Part shown: in pieces, positions 63,779 through 64,000 of the stretch
How the letters are laid out: each line of letters starts with the position of its first letter
Position numbering within the stretch: position 1 is the first letter of the stretch
Source: Gemmatimonadota bacterium
Lineage (GTDB): Bacteria > Actinomycetota > Actinomycetes > Streptosporangiales > Streptosporangiaceae
DNA: 64,000 nucleotides
Direction: 5' to 3'
Assembly: GCA_050257395.1 (NCBI GenBank)
Contig: JBLMWU010000214.1
Span: forward strand, 3,606 to 67,605
Notes under the pieces: model-generated
Told to the model about the DNA's origin: nothing
Database searches by the model: none
What the model saw: the letters and a program-made list of their open reading frames with translations, nothing else
Program-made: the position numbers and the translations under genes

Positions 63779-64000
63779 TAGAAAGCGGCTGTCCCGGCGA
63801 CGAAGTCCTCGATCCGGCTGACCGTGCTGGCGGTGCTGGTGTGAGCGTGGCCGGTCATGCCGAGCGACCGGGCAGCGGCGACATTGGCGGGCATGTCATC
63901 GACGAACAGGGCATCGCCCGGGCTGGCCGCGAGCTGCCGCAGCGCGGCCTGATAGATGCGCGGGTCGGGCTTGGCGTACCCGACCTCGCAGGACAGGACG
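63779..64000 (-). CDS. HAD-superfamily hydrolase, C-terminal part (gene continues beyond the window end)
   Basis: Reverse translation reads ...VLSCEVGYAKPDPRIYQAALRQLAASPGDALFVDDMPANVAAARSLGMTGHAHT...GTAAF*, carrying HAD motifs III (K) and IV (FVDD). Confidence 0.6.

Overview
This is a high-GC (about 70%+) actinomycete chromosomal window, densely coding on both strands. I read it directly and had no database access, so every family call below rests on motifs I could see in the translations.

Main content from start to end:
- Partial thioredoxin operon with a CueR-like MerR regulator.
- TetR-controlled amino-acid permease and DmpA aminopeptidase operon.
- IS200/IS605-family insertion: frameshifted, HUH-degenerate tnpA and an intact-looking tnpB (all three RuvC residues and the zinc finger present).
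- PIG-L (Mca/MshB-like) deacetylase, a hemerythrin-like gene behind an AT-rich promoter island, and an AHL-lactonase-like MBL hydrolase.
- Tandem array of three secreted G1 (eqolisin, 'peptidase A4') glutamic-peptidase paralogs.
- Rv1747-like FHA-FHA-ABC exporter, divergent from a Hanks kinase with a C-terminal beta-propeller; a paralogous kinase lies at 57.1 kb.
- DUF2993 (LmeA-like) protein followed by a two-component system.
- Acetate/pyruvate module: SatP, YdiJ-like FAD/Fe-S oxidase and a PoxB-like TPP enzyme.
- Sulfotransferase and epimerase pair; a lower-GC single-HKD PLD/Nuc-like nuclease; an NfeD-flotillin pair.
- MFS transporter; RodZ-like protein containing intragenic tandem repeats.
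- TerY-like vWA, PP2C phosphatase and Ser/Thr kinase triad, followed immediately by an FHA domain fused to a PrsW/CAAX-type intramembrane protease.
- Secreted GH114-like polygalactosaminidase next to a GH4 hydrolase, a sugar ABC importer, SIS isomerase, tagatose-6-P kinase, tagatose-bisphosphate aldolase, DeoR regulator and a PfkB kinase.
- A TetR/SDR divergent pair and hydrolases at the 3' end.

No rRNA, tRNA or CRISPR array is evident. The most interesting candidate for an undescribed system is the vWA-PP2C-kinase triad followed by the FHA-PrsW fusion at 41.5-46.1 kb.
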